24,000 nucleotides of DNA from Gammaproteobacteria bacterium (GCA_003228405.1 QIDK01000269.1:2782-26781); one strand, 5' to 3'; positions 6,910 to 15,224 are shown, counted from the first letter of the stretch. Made by a program: numbers and translations. The notes: generated from the letters alone by a model not told the origin.

Positions 6910-8030
6910 CGCAGCCACTAAAATCAATTCAGGAAGTGCATCGTGGTATGCCAGAACTGACAACGACTACTAAAAAGAGTACATCGTTTTTTGAATTCTG
7001 GCCGAGTCACATTATTTACCTGCCCATTGTAATACAATGGCTATACCTGGCTTTGCGCTATCGTAGTTTGACCTTGCCGTTAATTTCCAATCCAGGGATA
7101 TATCTTGGCGGCATGGTCGGCGAGTCCAAATCAGCAGTACTGGCATTAGCCGGTAAAAAAGCGGCTGAGCACGTGGCGCCTTATATATCTATTTTTAATG
7201 ATAAATTTAAGTCAATTGATATCCGCCTGGGAGAATCAATAGATAAAATGAAGGCAGCCAGACTCAAATTTCCAGTTATTGCCAAACCAGATATGGGATG
7301 TCGAGGGGCAGGCGTAAAAATAATTGCTGATGAGGAGGCGCTAAGAAATTATATTCAGGAATTTCCAGATAAGGCGACTTTACTGTTACAGCAAAAAATC
7401 CCCTATGAAGCAGAAGCGGGTATTTTTTATATTCGTCACCCGGATAGACAGCAGGGAGAAATATTTTCAATGACACTGAAATATGCACCCTATGTAAGCG
7501 GAGATGGAAAACGTAGTTTGCGTCAGTTGATAAAGGATGACCAGCGCGCAGCTAAAATTTCCAGTCTCTATTTTAGCCGACATCAGAATAAGCTGAACAA
7601 TATAATTCCTGAGAACCGTGCCTTCCGACTAGCTTTTGCCGGAAGCCACTGCAAAGGCAGCATATTTAGAAATGGTAACACTTACATCACTGAAAAGCTG
7701 CGGCAGAAGTTTGATGATATCAGTAACGATATAGATGGTTTTTATTATGGGCGTTTTGATGTGCGCTTTGAAAGCATAGAAAAATTGATGCAGGGTGAAA
7801 ATTTTCACATTCTTGAAATCAATGGCGCCAGTTCAGAGGCCGCCCATATCTGGGATGTGAATACAAGTTTTAATGAAGTATATAGAACTCTGTTTTATCA
7901 ATATCGTACCTTATTTTATATAGGTAATATAAATCGTCACGCAGGTTACAAACCACCGCCGATCTGGCAATTGTATAACGCCTGGCGGCAGGAAAAAAAA
8001 CTTGTTAATCAATATCCAGCTACGGACTAG
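6906..8030 (+). CDS. Membrane-anchored ATP-grasp family carboxylate-amine ligase (D-Ala-D-Ala ligase/RimK-like fold); substrate unknown
   Basis: 374 aa. There is an N-terminal hydrophobic helix (FFEFWPSHIIYLPIVIQWLYLALRY). ATP-grasp signatures follow: FPVIAKPDMGCRGAGVKII, LLLQQKIPYEAEAGIFYI and the C-terminal FHILEINGASSEAAHIWD. Confidence 0.7.
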   Translation: MTQPLKSIQEVHRGMPELTTTTKKSTSFFEFWPSHIIYLPIVIQWLYLALRYRSLTLPLISNPGIYLGGMVGESKSAVLALAGKKAAEHVAPYISIFNDKFKSIDIRLGESIDKMKAARLKFPVIAKPDMGCRGAGVKIIADEEALRNYIQEFPDKATLLLQQKIPYEAEAGIFYIRHPDRQQGEIFSMTLKYAPYVSGDGKRSLRQLIKDDQRAAKISSLYFSRHQNKLNNIIPENRAFRLAFAGSHCKGSIFRNGNTYITEKLRQKFDDISNDIDGFYYGRFDVRFESIEKLMQGENFHILEINGASSEAAHIWDVNTSFNEVYRTLFYQYRTLFYIGNINRHAGYKPPPIWQLYNAWRQEKKLVNQYPATD

Positions 8031-8035
8031 ACTCT

Positions 8036-9802
8036 ATGAAATCACAGGCCACCCCCTTTCAGTTAGGTGTTGCAGAAAATAGTGCAGTTTACTGGCACTG
8101 GCTGGCACATGTCAGTGAGAGCCTGCTTGGTCTGAGTGAACTAGACGCCTATTATCGGCAGCGGCAAAGCAATATGAGTAGCCGCGAATTCTTACGCTAC
8201 ACACTGGAAAAACTCGATGTTAATTACACAGTTGCCAGTGGAAATTGTCAGCAGATACCCGGCGAAGGTACGACTATTGTTGTCGCTAATCACCCCTATG
8301 GTGCTATAGAAGGCGTTATGCTGGCAGAACTTCTTCTCACGCGCAGAAGTGATGTGAAGGTGCTGGCGAATCATTATCTGCAACGTATTGATGAACTATC
8401 CGAGTTATTTATTGGTGTTGATGTGTTTGAGAATAACCGCTCAAAAAAATCAAATTCCCATGGCGTCAAACAGGCATTGAATCATTTAAAAAAGGGCGGA
8501 CTATTGCTGGTATTTCCTGCTGGAGAAGTCTCCAGTTTTAATTTTAAAAATAGAAAAATTACGGACAGGAAATGGAACCGGATTATCGGTATGCTGGCTC
8601 GTAAAACCTGTGCCTGCACCACACCGGTTTATATTGAAGGCCATAATAGTAGATGGTTCCATTTTGCAGGTTTGTTACATCCACGCTTACGAACATTATT
8701 GCTGGTTAGAGAAATGCTCAATAAACGGCAGAAGATCGTTAATTTACATATTGGAGAGACCATTCCCCATGACGAACTAAAAACGCTTTCATCAGATGAA
8801 GATATTACCGATTATTTTCGGCTGAATACCTATTTGCTGATTAACCAGGCAAAAAATAAATCTGCTATAGTCAAAAAAAATAAGCGATCAATGCAAACTA
8901 TCGCCCCGGCCGTTGAAAAACAAAAACTACAAAATGATATAGATGCGTTGGGCGCTGATACATTACTATTAACCAGGGATATTTTTTCAGTGTATTGCAC
9001 TACAGCGCAGCAGTTGCCCAATGTGTTACAGGAAATTGGGCGTTTACGGGAAATAACCTTCCGCCAGGTGGCTGAAGGAACGGGCTTTGCGCAAGATCTG
9101 GATGACTATGATAATCATTATTTACATATGTTTATCTGGAACAGCGAACAGCAGGAAATTGTTGGAGCCTATCGGCTGGGTCTGGTGGATAAACTGGTTA
9201 AAAAATCTGGCCTGAAAGCCCTCTACAGTCGAAGTCTGTTTCGTTATGAGAAAACATTTGTGGATGATCTGGGAATGTCAATTGAAATGGGGCGCTCGTT
9301 TATTCGCGTGGAATATCAGCGTAGTTTGAGCGCGCTACTGCTCTTATGGAAGGGTATTAGCACCTTTGTGTCACGCAATCCACAATATACGACACTATTT
9401 GGCCCGGTCAGTATCAGTAGTGGCTATTCAGAGTTATCGCGTCATCTTATGACGCAGTTCCTGCAGTTGCATCACTATGACCCTGTGCGGGCAAAAATGG
9501 TGAAAGCAAGCAGCCCACAGAAAAAATTACCGGATATTATCTGGAGCAGAAAAATACTCGAGAGACTAAAAGATAATCAGTTGATTTCCAGACTGATTTA
9601 TCGCATGGAAGGCGATAAGGGCCTGCCCATAATACTCAAACAATACCTGGGCCTGAATGGTAAACTGGTTAGTTTTAATCTAGACAGAAAATTTAACAAT
9701 ACATTAGATGGAATGATCATAGTAGATCTGCTGAAAGTCTCAGAAAAATTACTCGGCAAATATATGGGCAAAGAAAACGCAAACAACTATTTAAACAGGT
9801 AA
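8036..9802 (+). CDS. OlsF-like bifunctional acyltransferase: an N-terminal PlsC-type (lysolipid O-acyl) domain fused to a C-terminal OlsB/COG3176-type GNAT N-acyltransferase
   Basis: 588 aa. The N-terminal domain has VVANHPYGAIEG (an HX4E variant of the HX4D acyltransferase motif) and LLLVFPAGEVS (FPxG motif). The C-terminal domain has LREITFRQVAEGTGFAQDLDDYDNHYLHMFIW..IVGAYRLG, typical of the putative-hemolysin/OlsB-like GNATs. The domain order matches OlsF-type aminolipid synthases. Confidence 0.7.
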   Translation: MKSQATPFQLGVAENSAVYWHWLAHVSESLLGLSELDAYYRQRQSNMSSREFLRYTLEKLDVNYTVASGNCQQIPGEGTTIVVANHPYGAIEGVMLAELLLTRRSDVKVLANHYLQRIDELSELFIGVDVFENNRSKKSNSHGVKQALNHLKKGGLLLVFPAGEVSSFNFKNRKITDRKWNRIIGMLARKTCACTTPVYIEGHNSRWFHFAGLLHPRLRTLLLVREMLNKRQKIVNLHIGETIPHDELKTLSSDEDITDYFRLNTYLLINQAKNKSAIVKKNKRSMQTIAPAVEKQKLQNDIDALGADTLLLTRDIFSVYCTTAQQLPNVLQEIGRLREITFRQVAEGTGFAQDLDDYDNHYLHMFIWNSEQQEIVGAYRLGLVDKLVKKSGLKALYSRSLFRYEKTFVDDLGMSIEMGRSFIRVEYQRSLSALLLLWKGISTFVSRNPQYTTLFGPVSISSGYSELSRHLMTQFLQLHHYDPVRAKMVKASSPQKKLPDIIWSRKILERLKDNQLISRLIYRMEGDKGLPIILKQYLGLNGKLVSFNLDRKFNNTLDGMIIVDLLKVSEKLLGKYMGKENANNYLNR

Positions 9803-9806
9803 TTAT

Positions 9807-10343
9807 ATGCATGATGTTATAAAAGGTTGTATAGAAACTCTGGATCAGGCTGAGAAGTTTCTTAATTCTGTTAGTGATGAAGCGTATATAAAAATTGTTA
9901 AGCCATTTTTTATCAGCTCATCAGGTGAGCACATGAGGCATATTATGGACCATTTCCAGGAGCTTAAAAAAAGCTGGCAAAGCGGTATTATAGATTTTAA
10001 CAATCGAAGACGGGGCAGCCGCATTGAACAGAGTAGAAAATTAGCACTAGTACAGATTGAAGAAATAAAACAATGGCTTTCAAAACTGGATGAGAATGAA
10101 TTAAATCAGCCTCTATCGATTAAAACAGAGGTGGCAATATCAGAAACCCTGATAGTTGAAGTGACATCAACGCTGGCTCGTGAACTGGTGTTTGCCTCCA
10201 GCCATGCAGTGCACCATTATTCGAGCATAGCAACGGCGATACAGATGCAGGAAGTTATATTAGATAAAAACTTCGGTATTGCACCTGCCACAGCAACTTA
10301 TTTACGTAGTGGCGATGAATCATGTGTACGCTCACCTGGTTAA
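9807..10343 (+). CDS. DinB-superfamily (four-helix-bundle, His-triad metal-binding) protein
   Basis: 178 aa. His-rich motifs sit at the positions expected for DinB-like proteins: SGEHMRHIMDHF near the N-terminus and ASSHAVHHYS near the C-terminus. It starts 4 nt after the acyltransferase stop. Confidence 0.5.
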   Translation: MHDVIKGCIETLDQAEKFLNSVSDEAYIKIVKPFFISSSGEHMRHIMDHFQELKKSWQSGIIDFNNRRRGSRIEQSRKLALVQIEEIKQWLSKLDENELNQPLSIKTEVAISETLIVEVTSTLARELVFASSHAVHHYSSIATAIQMQEVILDKNFGIAPATATYLRSGDESCVRSPG

Positions 10344-11056
10344 TTCACAAAAAGGGTTACGAGGTTTTTTTTAATCGTGATGAGCAGCTCAGTCGACCCA
10401 GAGCAACCCCTCCCTGCTTCGCTATAAACACAAAGAGCATCATGCCGGTAGACCCACAGTCTAAAGGCACATGGATTGCGGTTAATAGTTGCGGCGTAAG
10501 CCTGTGTTTACTCAATAATTATCAGGCATATTCAGACGAAAAAACAGTGACAAAAAATAATGAAAATTACACCAGCCGTGGCCTGATAATACCGGCTTTA
10601 TTGCAACTACAAACCAGTGATCATATTTATCATAAGCTTAAAAAAATAAACCTGGTAAAGTATTTGCCGTTTTCACTATGTGTCTTTTCGGCTAACTTAA
10701 ATACCCACACGACAGAAATTACTATTTATCAATGGGACGGTATTAAGCTAAGCCAACTGGCTGCAGATCAGCCCGTGGTTTCATCGGCAGTTTTGCTGAC
10801 TGAAGTGAAGCAACAACGCAGTGATTTATTTAATCAAGTGACTAAGCAGAATGCCAATTCTAAAGATCACTTAGCGTACCATTCATCTCACAAACCGGAA
10901 AAAGGTAAATACTCTGTGTGCATGCATCGACAAGATGCATGCACACAGAGCTTAAGTCACATCAGTGTTAATAACAGCATTGTGTTTCGTTATCATGATG
11001 GCCCACCATGTGAAGATGAGCACTGGTCAGAAACAAAGATGGAAAAATCAGTCTGA
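10322..11056 (+). CDS. NRDE-family (TANGO2-like, Ntn-hydrolase-fold) protein
   Basis: 244 aa. It begins MCTLTW, so Cys2 is the predicted N-terminal nucleophile. The eponymous NRDE motif is at residues 18..21 (FFNRDEQLSRP). The start overlaps the DinB-like ORF by 22 nt. Confidence 0.65.
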   Translation: MCTLTWLIHKKGYEVFFNRDEQLSRPRATPPCFAINTKSIMPVDPQSKGTWIAVNSCGVSLCLLNNYQAYSDEKTVTKNNENYTSRGLIIPALLQLQTSDHIYHKLKKINLVKYLPFSLCVFSANLNTHTTEITIYQWDGIKLSQLAADQPVVSSAVLLTEVKQQRSDLFNQVTKQNANSKDHLAYHSSHKPEKGKYSVCMHRQDACTQSLSHISVNNSIVFRYHDGPPCEDEHWSETKMEKSV

Positions 11057-11284
11057 CTAATGTTTTTTATCTTTCATCATAAAAAATATTTTTATAAGTA
11101 ACAAAATCAGCGCAATGCCATGCAAAAACAGATCAAAGATATCAATCGGCCTGCTGAGGCTGTCATTAAATAGCATTCTTAGTTTCTGCAACAAATGAGG
11201 CTCTGATACGAAAGGAGCCAGTGCCAGAATAATAGCGATAATAGCCAGGGTAGGAGTTGGGATATAACTCAGGAATTTTCTCAT
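11057..11284 (-). CDS. Small two-helix membrane protein of unknown function
   Basis: 75 aa: MRKFLSYIPTPTLAIIAIILALAPFVSEPHLLQKLRMLFNDSLSRPIDIFDLFLHGIALILLLIKIFFMMKDKKH. It has two hydrophobic helices, and APF..EPHL..KL.ML resembles a conserved small-protein family I recall seeing in proteobacteria. Its stop codon directly abuts the NRDE stop. Confidence 0.5.
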   Translation of the reverse strand: MRKFLSYIPTPTLAIIAIILALAPFVSEPHLLQKLRMLFNDSLSRPIDIFDLFLHGIALILLLIKIFFMMKDKKH

Positions 11285-11600
11285 TATTACTTTTGGGTAT
11301 ATGACATATTGAATGAGATAGTAGAGTCAGCTTAAATTTGAGTCAAGCTTCGCTATTAAGCGAGTAAAATTATATTCTCAGCCAAACGGTCTTAAATTAT
11401 TCTTATATATGCATTAAACTAGCTTATTCATTAATTTTAAGGGCCGAGGGTATATAAATAAATATTACATATACATAAAATTCTAATATGTTAATATGTC
11501 GCGCGAAATTTTAGTTGACCGGTGAAAGCTCTACCCCCAGGTATATATACCCCACAGGGCGCATTTTCAGGTCTGTTATAGACACAGTTGGAGTCGTATT

Positions 11601-12608
11601 ATGACCACAGGTATGAAGTTAAAGCAGTTTTTGCTGCATGCAAAGCGCGCGGGTGTTGACCTGCCTTATGATCTTATTGAGTTGATTCACGAAGTGACAA
11701 TCACCTGCAAGGAGATTGCAACCATTGTAAACCGGGGCGAGCTTTCAGGTGTTTTAGGTGTTGCCGGCTCTGAAAATGTACAGGGTGAAACCCAGAAAGA
11801 GCTGGATATCATCACCAATGATATTATGGCTGATCACCTGAGTCTGAGCGGTCTGGTCGCGGGCATGGGTTCTGAAGAAGTCGATGACCCGATTGATGTG
11901 CCTGCACAGGAACGGGGTGAATATCTGCTAATGTTTGACCCGCTCGATGGCTCTTCTAATATTGACGTTAATATTTCAGTCGGCACTATTTTTTCAGTTA
12001 TGAAAGCCCCCATGGGTTGCAAGGAAACGCCTAAACTGAATGATTATCTGCAAAACGGTACGCAGCAGAAAGCGGCGGGGTTTGTAGTGTACGGCCCTTC
12101 AACTGTGCTGGTACTGACCACCGGTCAGGGGGTAAACATGTTTACCCTGGATAATTCAATTGGTGAGTTTGTATTAACCAGCGAAGGCGTGCAAATTCCA
12201 GAAGAAACCACCGAGTATGCGATCAATATGGCCAACCGCCGCTTCTGGGATGAGCCGATGAAGCAATACATCGAAGACTGTCAGATGGGCGAAGATGGCC
12301 CATTAGGCAAACGCTACAATATGCGCTGGGTAGCTTCAATGGTGGCTGAGGTATATCGTATTCTGATACGCGGTGGTATTTTTATGTATCCCTATGATAA
12401 TCGTGATCCCTCAAAAGCCGGCAAGTTGCGCTTAATGTATGAAGCCAATCCAATGGGTTTTATTATAGAACAGGCAGGGGGCATGGCCTCAACCGGGCAT
12501 GGTCGTATTATGGAAGTAGAATCAACGGGTTTGCATCAGCGTGTGCCGGTGGTATTAGGTTCGGCTAAGGAAGTGGCAAAGGTTGAGGAATATCACCAGA
12601 AAGTTTAA
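11601..12608 (+). CDS. fbp: Fructose-1,6-bisphosphatase, class 1
   Basis: 335 aa with class-1 FBPase signatures: GSENVQGETQKELDIITND, FDPLDGSSNIDVNISVGTIFS and GKLRLMYEANPMGFIIEQAGG. A Shine-Dalgarno (ggag) lies upstream. Confidence 0.95.
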   Translation: MTTGMKLKQFLLHAKRAGVDLPYDLIELIHEVTITCKEIATIVNRGELSGVLGVAGSENVQGETQKELDIITNDIMADHLSLSGLVAGMGSEEVDDPIDVPAQERGEYLLMFDPLDGSSNIDVNISVGTIFSVMKAPMGCKETPKLNDYLQNGTQQKAAGFVVYGPSTVLVLTTGQGVNMFTLDNSIGEFVLTSEGVQIPEETTEYAINMANRRFWDEPMKQYIEDCQMGEDGPLGKRYNMRWVASMVAEVYRILIRGGIFMYPYDNRDPSKAGKLRLMYEANPMGFIIEQAGGMASTGHGRIMEVESTGLHQRVPVVLGSAKEVAKVEEYHQKV

Positions 12609-12636
12609 AACGGTAATAGTTTTAGTGTGAAGGAAG

Positions 12637-12661
12637 CCAGCTTATTAAGCTGGTTTTTTTT
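12637..12661 (+). terminator. Rho-independent terminator after fbp
   Basis: The stem ccagctt (12637..12643) pairs with aagctgg (12647..12653) around a 3-nt loop, followed by an 8-T run (12654..12661). Confidence 0.75.
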
Positions 12662-12715
12662 GTGTTTCTGGTGGGGATAAAAAACTCACCAGAATAACAA
12701 ATCAAAATACGCTTT

Positions 12716-13522
12716 TTATCGCAAAAACTTTTTTTTGTATTCTTCAAACAGAGTTAACGCCTGTTGTTGATCAAGCTTATTCAACTGCCTGAATGTAAAC
12801 TGCGCATTTTTTTCCGCATTTTGATTATTCTGTTCTGCAGCCAGCTTAAACCAGACAAAAGCTAAAATCTTATCCTGTGCGGTGCCCCTGCCACTAAAAT
12901 AAAGTTGGCCTAAATTTGCCTGTGCATCAGCTGCGCCTTTTCTTGCTGCTTTATCATACCAGCGAAAAGCTTCTGGCAGGTTTACCGGAACCCCCTGCCC
13001 TGTTTCATGAATATAAGCCAGGTTATACATTGAGGCAATATCATTGTTTTTTGCGCCCCGATAATACCAGCGCAGGGCCAGGTCATTATCCTGTTTTAAG
13101 CCTTTGCCATGGGCATAAAACTGCGCCAGATAGTAGCTGGCTGCACCATGTTCATTAAGTGCGGCCTGTCTTAGCCAGCGTTCGGCGATGACTAAATCCT
13201 GCTTAAGTTCTTCTCCGTTTGTGTAAAGTTTGCCCAGGCGGAACTGTGCATCTGCATCATCCTGTTCAGCTGCCCTGTTTAACCATATAAGTGCCTGTTC
13301 AATATTTTTTTCAACTCCGCGACCTTCGCTGTACATAACGCCAAGATTATATTGAATTTCACGGTCTCCGGCTTCGGCCAGGGGTAACCATAAATTCAGA
13401 GCTAGCTCATAGTTACCCTGCTTAAATTCTCTTAGACCATCATCACGCTCATCTGCATTGCTGGGCGGTATCGCACAACACAGAATAAATATACATAAGG
13501 AGATGATTGTTTTTAATGGCAT
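12716..13522 (-). CDS. Sel1-like repeat (SLR/TPR-type) periplasmic protein
   Basis: 268 aa with a signal peptide (MPLKTIISLCIFILCCAIPPSNA). It has about six tandem Sel1 repeats of the form A..W(Y/L)..AA..G...AQ..LG.(M/L)Y..G.GV..(D/N). Confidence 0.85.
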   Translation of the reverse strand: MPLKTIISLCIFILCCAIPPSNADERDDGLREFKQGNYELALNLWLPLAEAGDREIQYNLGVMYSEGRGVEKNIEQALIWLNRAAEQDDADAQFRLGKLYTNGEELKQDLVIAERWLRQAALNEHGAASYYLAQFYAHGKGLKQDNDLALRWYYRGAKNNDIASMYNLAYIHETGQGVPVNLPEAFRWYDKAARKGAADAQANLGQLYFSGRGTAQDKILAFVWFKLAAEQNNQNAEKNAQFTFRQLNKLDQQQALTLFEEYKKKFLR

Positions 13523-13581
13523 AGTAGACGTAATTTAGTTTTGACCGGATGTTCTTACCCAGATGTTTTATCCCAGATATT

Positions 13582-14088
13582 TTACTCCAGGAGTTGTCTC
13601 ATTTTCAGCGTATGGTATGCGTTTACTTTATCTAAAAAAATATTTTTCTGTTGCCGGCTTGCTAAGCCATTTTCATCGCTTATCGGCAGTTCAGGGTATT
13701 GCTGTATGATGGCGTGAGCAAAAACACCCTGGATTGTCTGTAATATTTCACCCTGGCTGTTAAATAACGGAATATCCTTTATTCCGCAGCTGGGTGATCT
13801 GCTTTTAAAAATATAGGCACAAATAGAGTTTAGTTGAGGTGGGCGCTGATTACAGTAATTTTGCATGGCTTCTGTAATGTCGATCGACGGGTCATCGCGA
13901 CCGGTCATTTTTATGGCCTGTAGACTGCCGCCAAGTTGCAGCGGGGGGCGCGGTGTGCTGAGACCAATTTCAACCTCAGGGCATACGCCAATAATTTCAA
14001 AATGCTGCTGTATAAAATCTAGCAGCACCGGCTCGTATTTAATTTCTCCATCATACCTTACCCGGTCACCTAGCAGGCAGCGGCTCAC
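13582..14088 (-). CDS. DUF523 family protein (TudS/YbbK-like Fe-S protein)
   Basis: 168 aa with the DUF523 motifs CLLGDRVRYDG, CPEVEIGLSTPRPP and SRSPSCG. Confidence 0.7.
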   Translation of the reverse strand: MSRCLLGDRVRYDGEIKYEPVLLDFIQQHFEIIGVCPEVEIGLSTPRPPLQLGGSLQAIKMTGRDDPSIDITEAMQNYCNQRPPQLNSICAYIFKSRSPSCGIKDIPLFNSQGEILQTIQGVFAHAIIQQYPELPISDENGLASRQQKNIFLDKVNAYHTLKMRQLLE

Positions 14089-14108
14089 AGCAATGAAGGC
14101 TTTGCTGC

Positions 14109-15224
14109 TTATTGGCCTGCACCCATTTTGGTGGCTCGCTCCCGGGTTTTATTGGCTTCAACCGCCTGTAGCCCAGCATCCCAGCCGGGCATGGTTTCCG
14201 GCCAGCCAAAGCTGTGCTGGATAACCAGTTCACAGAGCGCGTTAATGTGAAAGTCACCGGCATTTAAACAGGGGATATAATCAAATTCGATGCCGCCACG
14301 GCTTATAAAGATGTCGCGATTTTCCATATTGATTTCTTCCAGGGTTTCCAGACAGTCCGCGGAAAAGCCCGGGCACACGACATCCACAGATTTCACTCCC
14401 TGGTGTGCCAGTTGCTTCATGGTGTTGTCTGTATAGGGCTGCAGCCATTCTTCATTGCCGACCCGGGATTGAAAGGTGACTTTCCATTTGCTGTCTTTAA
14501 GCAGCAATTTTTTAGCGACCAGCCGTGCGGTTTTATGGCAATGGCAGAAATAAGGGTCACCCTTATCAACATATTTTCTGGGCAGGCCGTGAAATGAAAA
14601 GACCAGTACATCCGGTTTACTATCCCGGTTGCTCCAGTAGTTAATAATGGTTTTGGACAGCGCATCAATATAGGCTGGATGATCATGGTAGCTGTTAATA
14701 AAACGCATATCCGGGAGCCAGCGCCAGCTTTGTAGCTCAGAGGTTACCGCATCAAATACAGACGCGGTGGTGGTCGCAGAATACTGTGGATACATGGGCA
14801 AAATCAGTAAACGTTTGGCGCCTGCAGAGCGCAGGCCACGCATTGAATCTCGGATAGTGGGTTTGCCATAGCGCATAGCGACATCTACCAGCACATTGCC
14901 GCGAATTTTAGCCTGCAGCTTTTTCTCCAGTTTCTGCGCCTGTAGCTTTGAAATACTGATCAGGGGTGAGCCTTCATCTGTCCAGATTTTTTTATACAGG
15001 GCGGCACTATGGCGGGGGCGAAAGCGTAGAATAATGCCATTTAATATGAGCCACCAGAGTGGGCGCGAGGTTTCTACAACCCGTGGATCCCAGAGAAATT
15101 CGGCCAGATATTTGCGCACGGCCTTTTCAGTTGGGGCTTTAGGTGAACCAAGGTTAACCAGTAAAACCCCCAGGCGTTCTTTTGAGCCGTGGGAATAAGT
15201 TGTGTGATTCAGGTAGGTTGTCAT
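14109..15224 (-). CDS. hemH: Ferrochelatase
   Basis: 371 aa with LGVLLVNLGSPKAPTEKAVRKYLAEFLWDPRVVE, LILPMYPQYSATTT, FSFHGLP and CPGFSADCLETLEEI. Confidence 0.95.
   Translation of the reverse strand: MTTYLNHTTYSHGSKERLGVLLVNLGSPKAPTEKAVRKYLAEFLWDPRVVETSRPLWWLILNGIILRFRPRHSAALYKKIWTDEGSPLISISKLQAQKLEKKLQAKIRGNVLVDVAMRYGKPTIRDSMRGLRSAGAKRLLILPMYPQYSATTTASVFDAVTSELQSWRWLPDMRFINSYHDHPAYIDALSKTIINYWSNRDSKPDVLVFSFHGLPRKYVDKGDPYFCHCHKTARLVAKKLLLKDSKWKVTFQSRVGNEEWLQPYTDNTMKQLAHQGVKSVDVVCPGFSADCLETLEEINMENRDIFISRGGIEFDYIPCLNAGDFHINALCELVIQHSFGWPETMPGWDAGLQAVEANKTRERATKMGAGQ

Noticed and set aside
11054-11059. Stop codons of the convergent NRDE gene (TGA 11054..11056) and the small membrane-protein gene (TAG on the minus strand, 11057..11059) abut with zero spacer and no terminator.
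   Set aside because: It is real in the sequence, but convergent genes without an intervening terminator are not rare. It is noted only as context, since read-through antisense transcription is possible.
11540-11551. Perfect 12-bp palindrome GGTATATATACC about 50 bp upstream of fbp, considered as a possible operator.
   Set aside because: It is short and AT-rich and is equally well explained as a TATA-type -10 element. There is no second half-site or known regulator motif, so it is too weak to call.
13865-14263. ORFs 13865..14224 (+) and 14066..14263 (-) spanning the hemH/DUF523 junction.
   Set aside because: Both overlap the well-supported hemH 3' end and the DUF523 5' end, and both are Pro/Ser/Arg-rich off-frame products.
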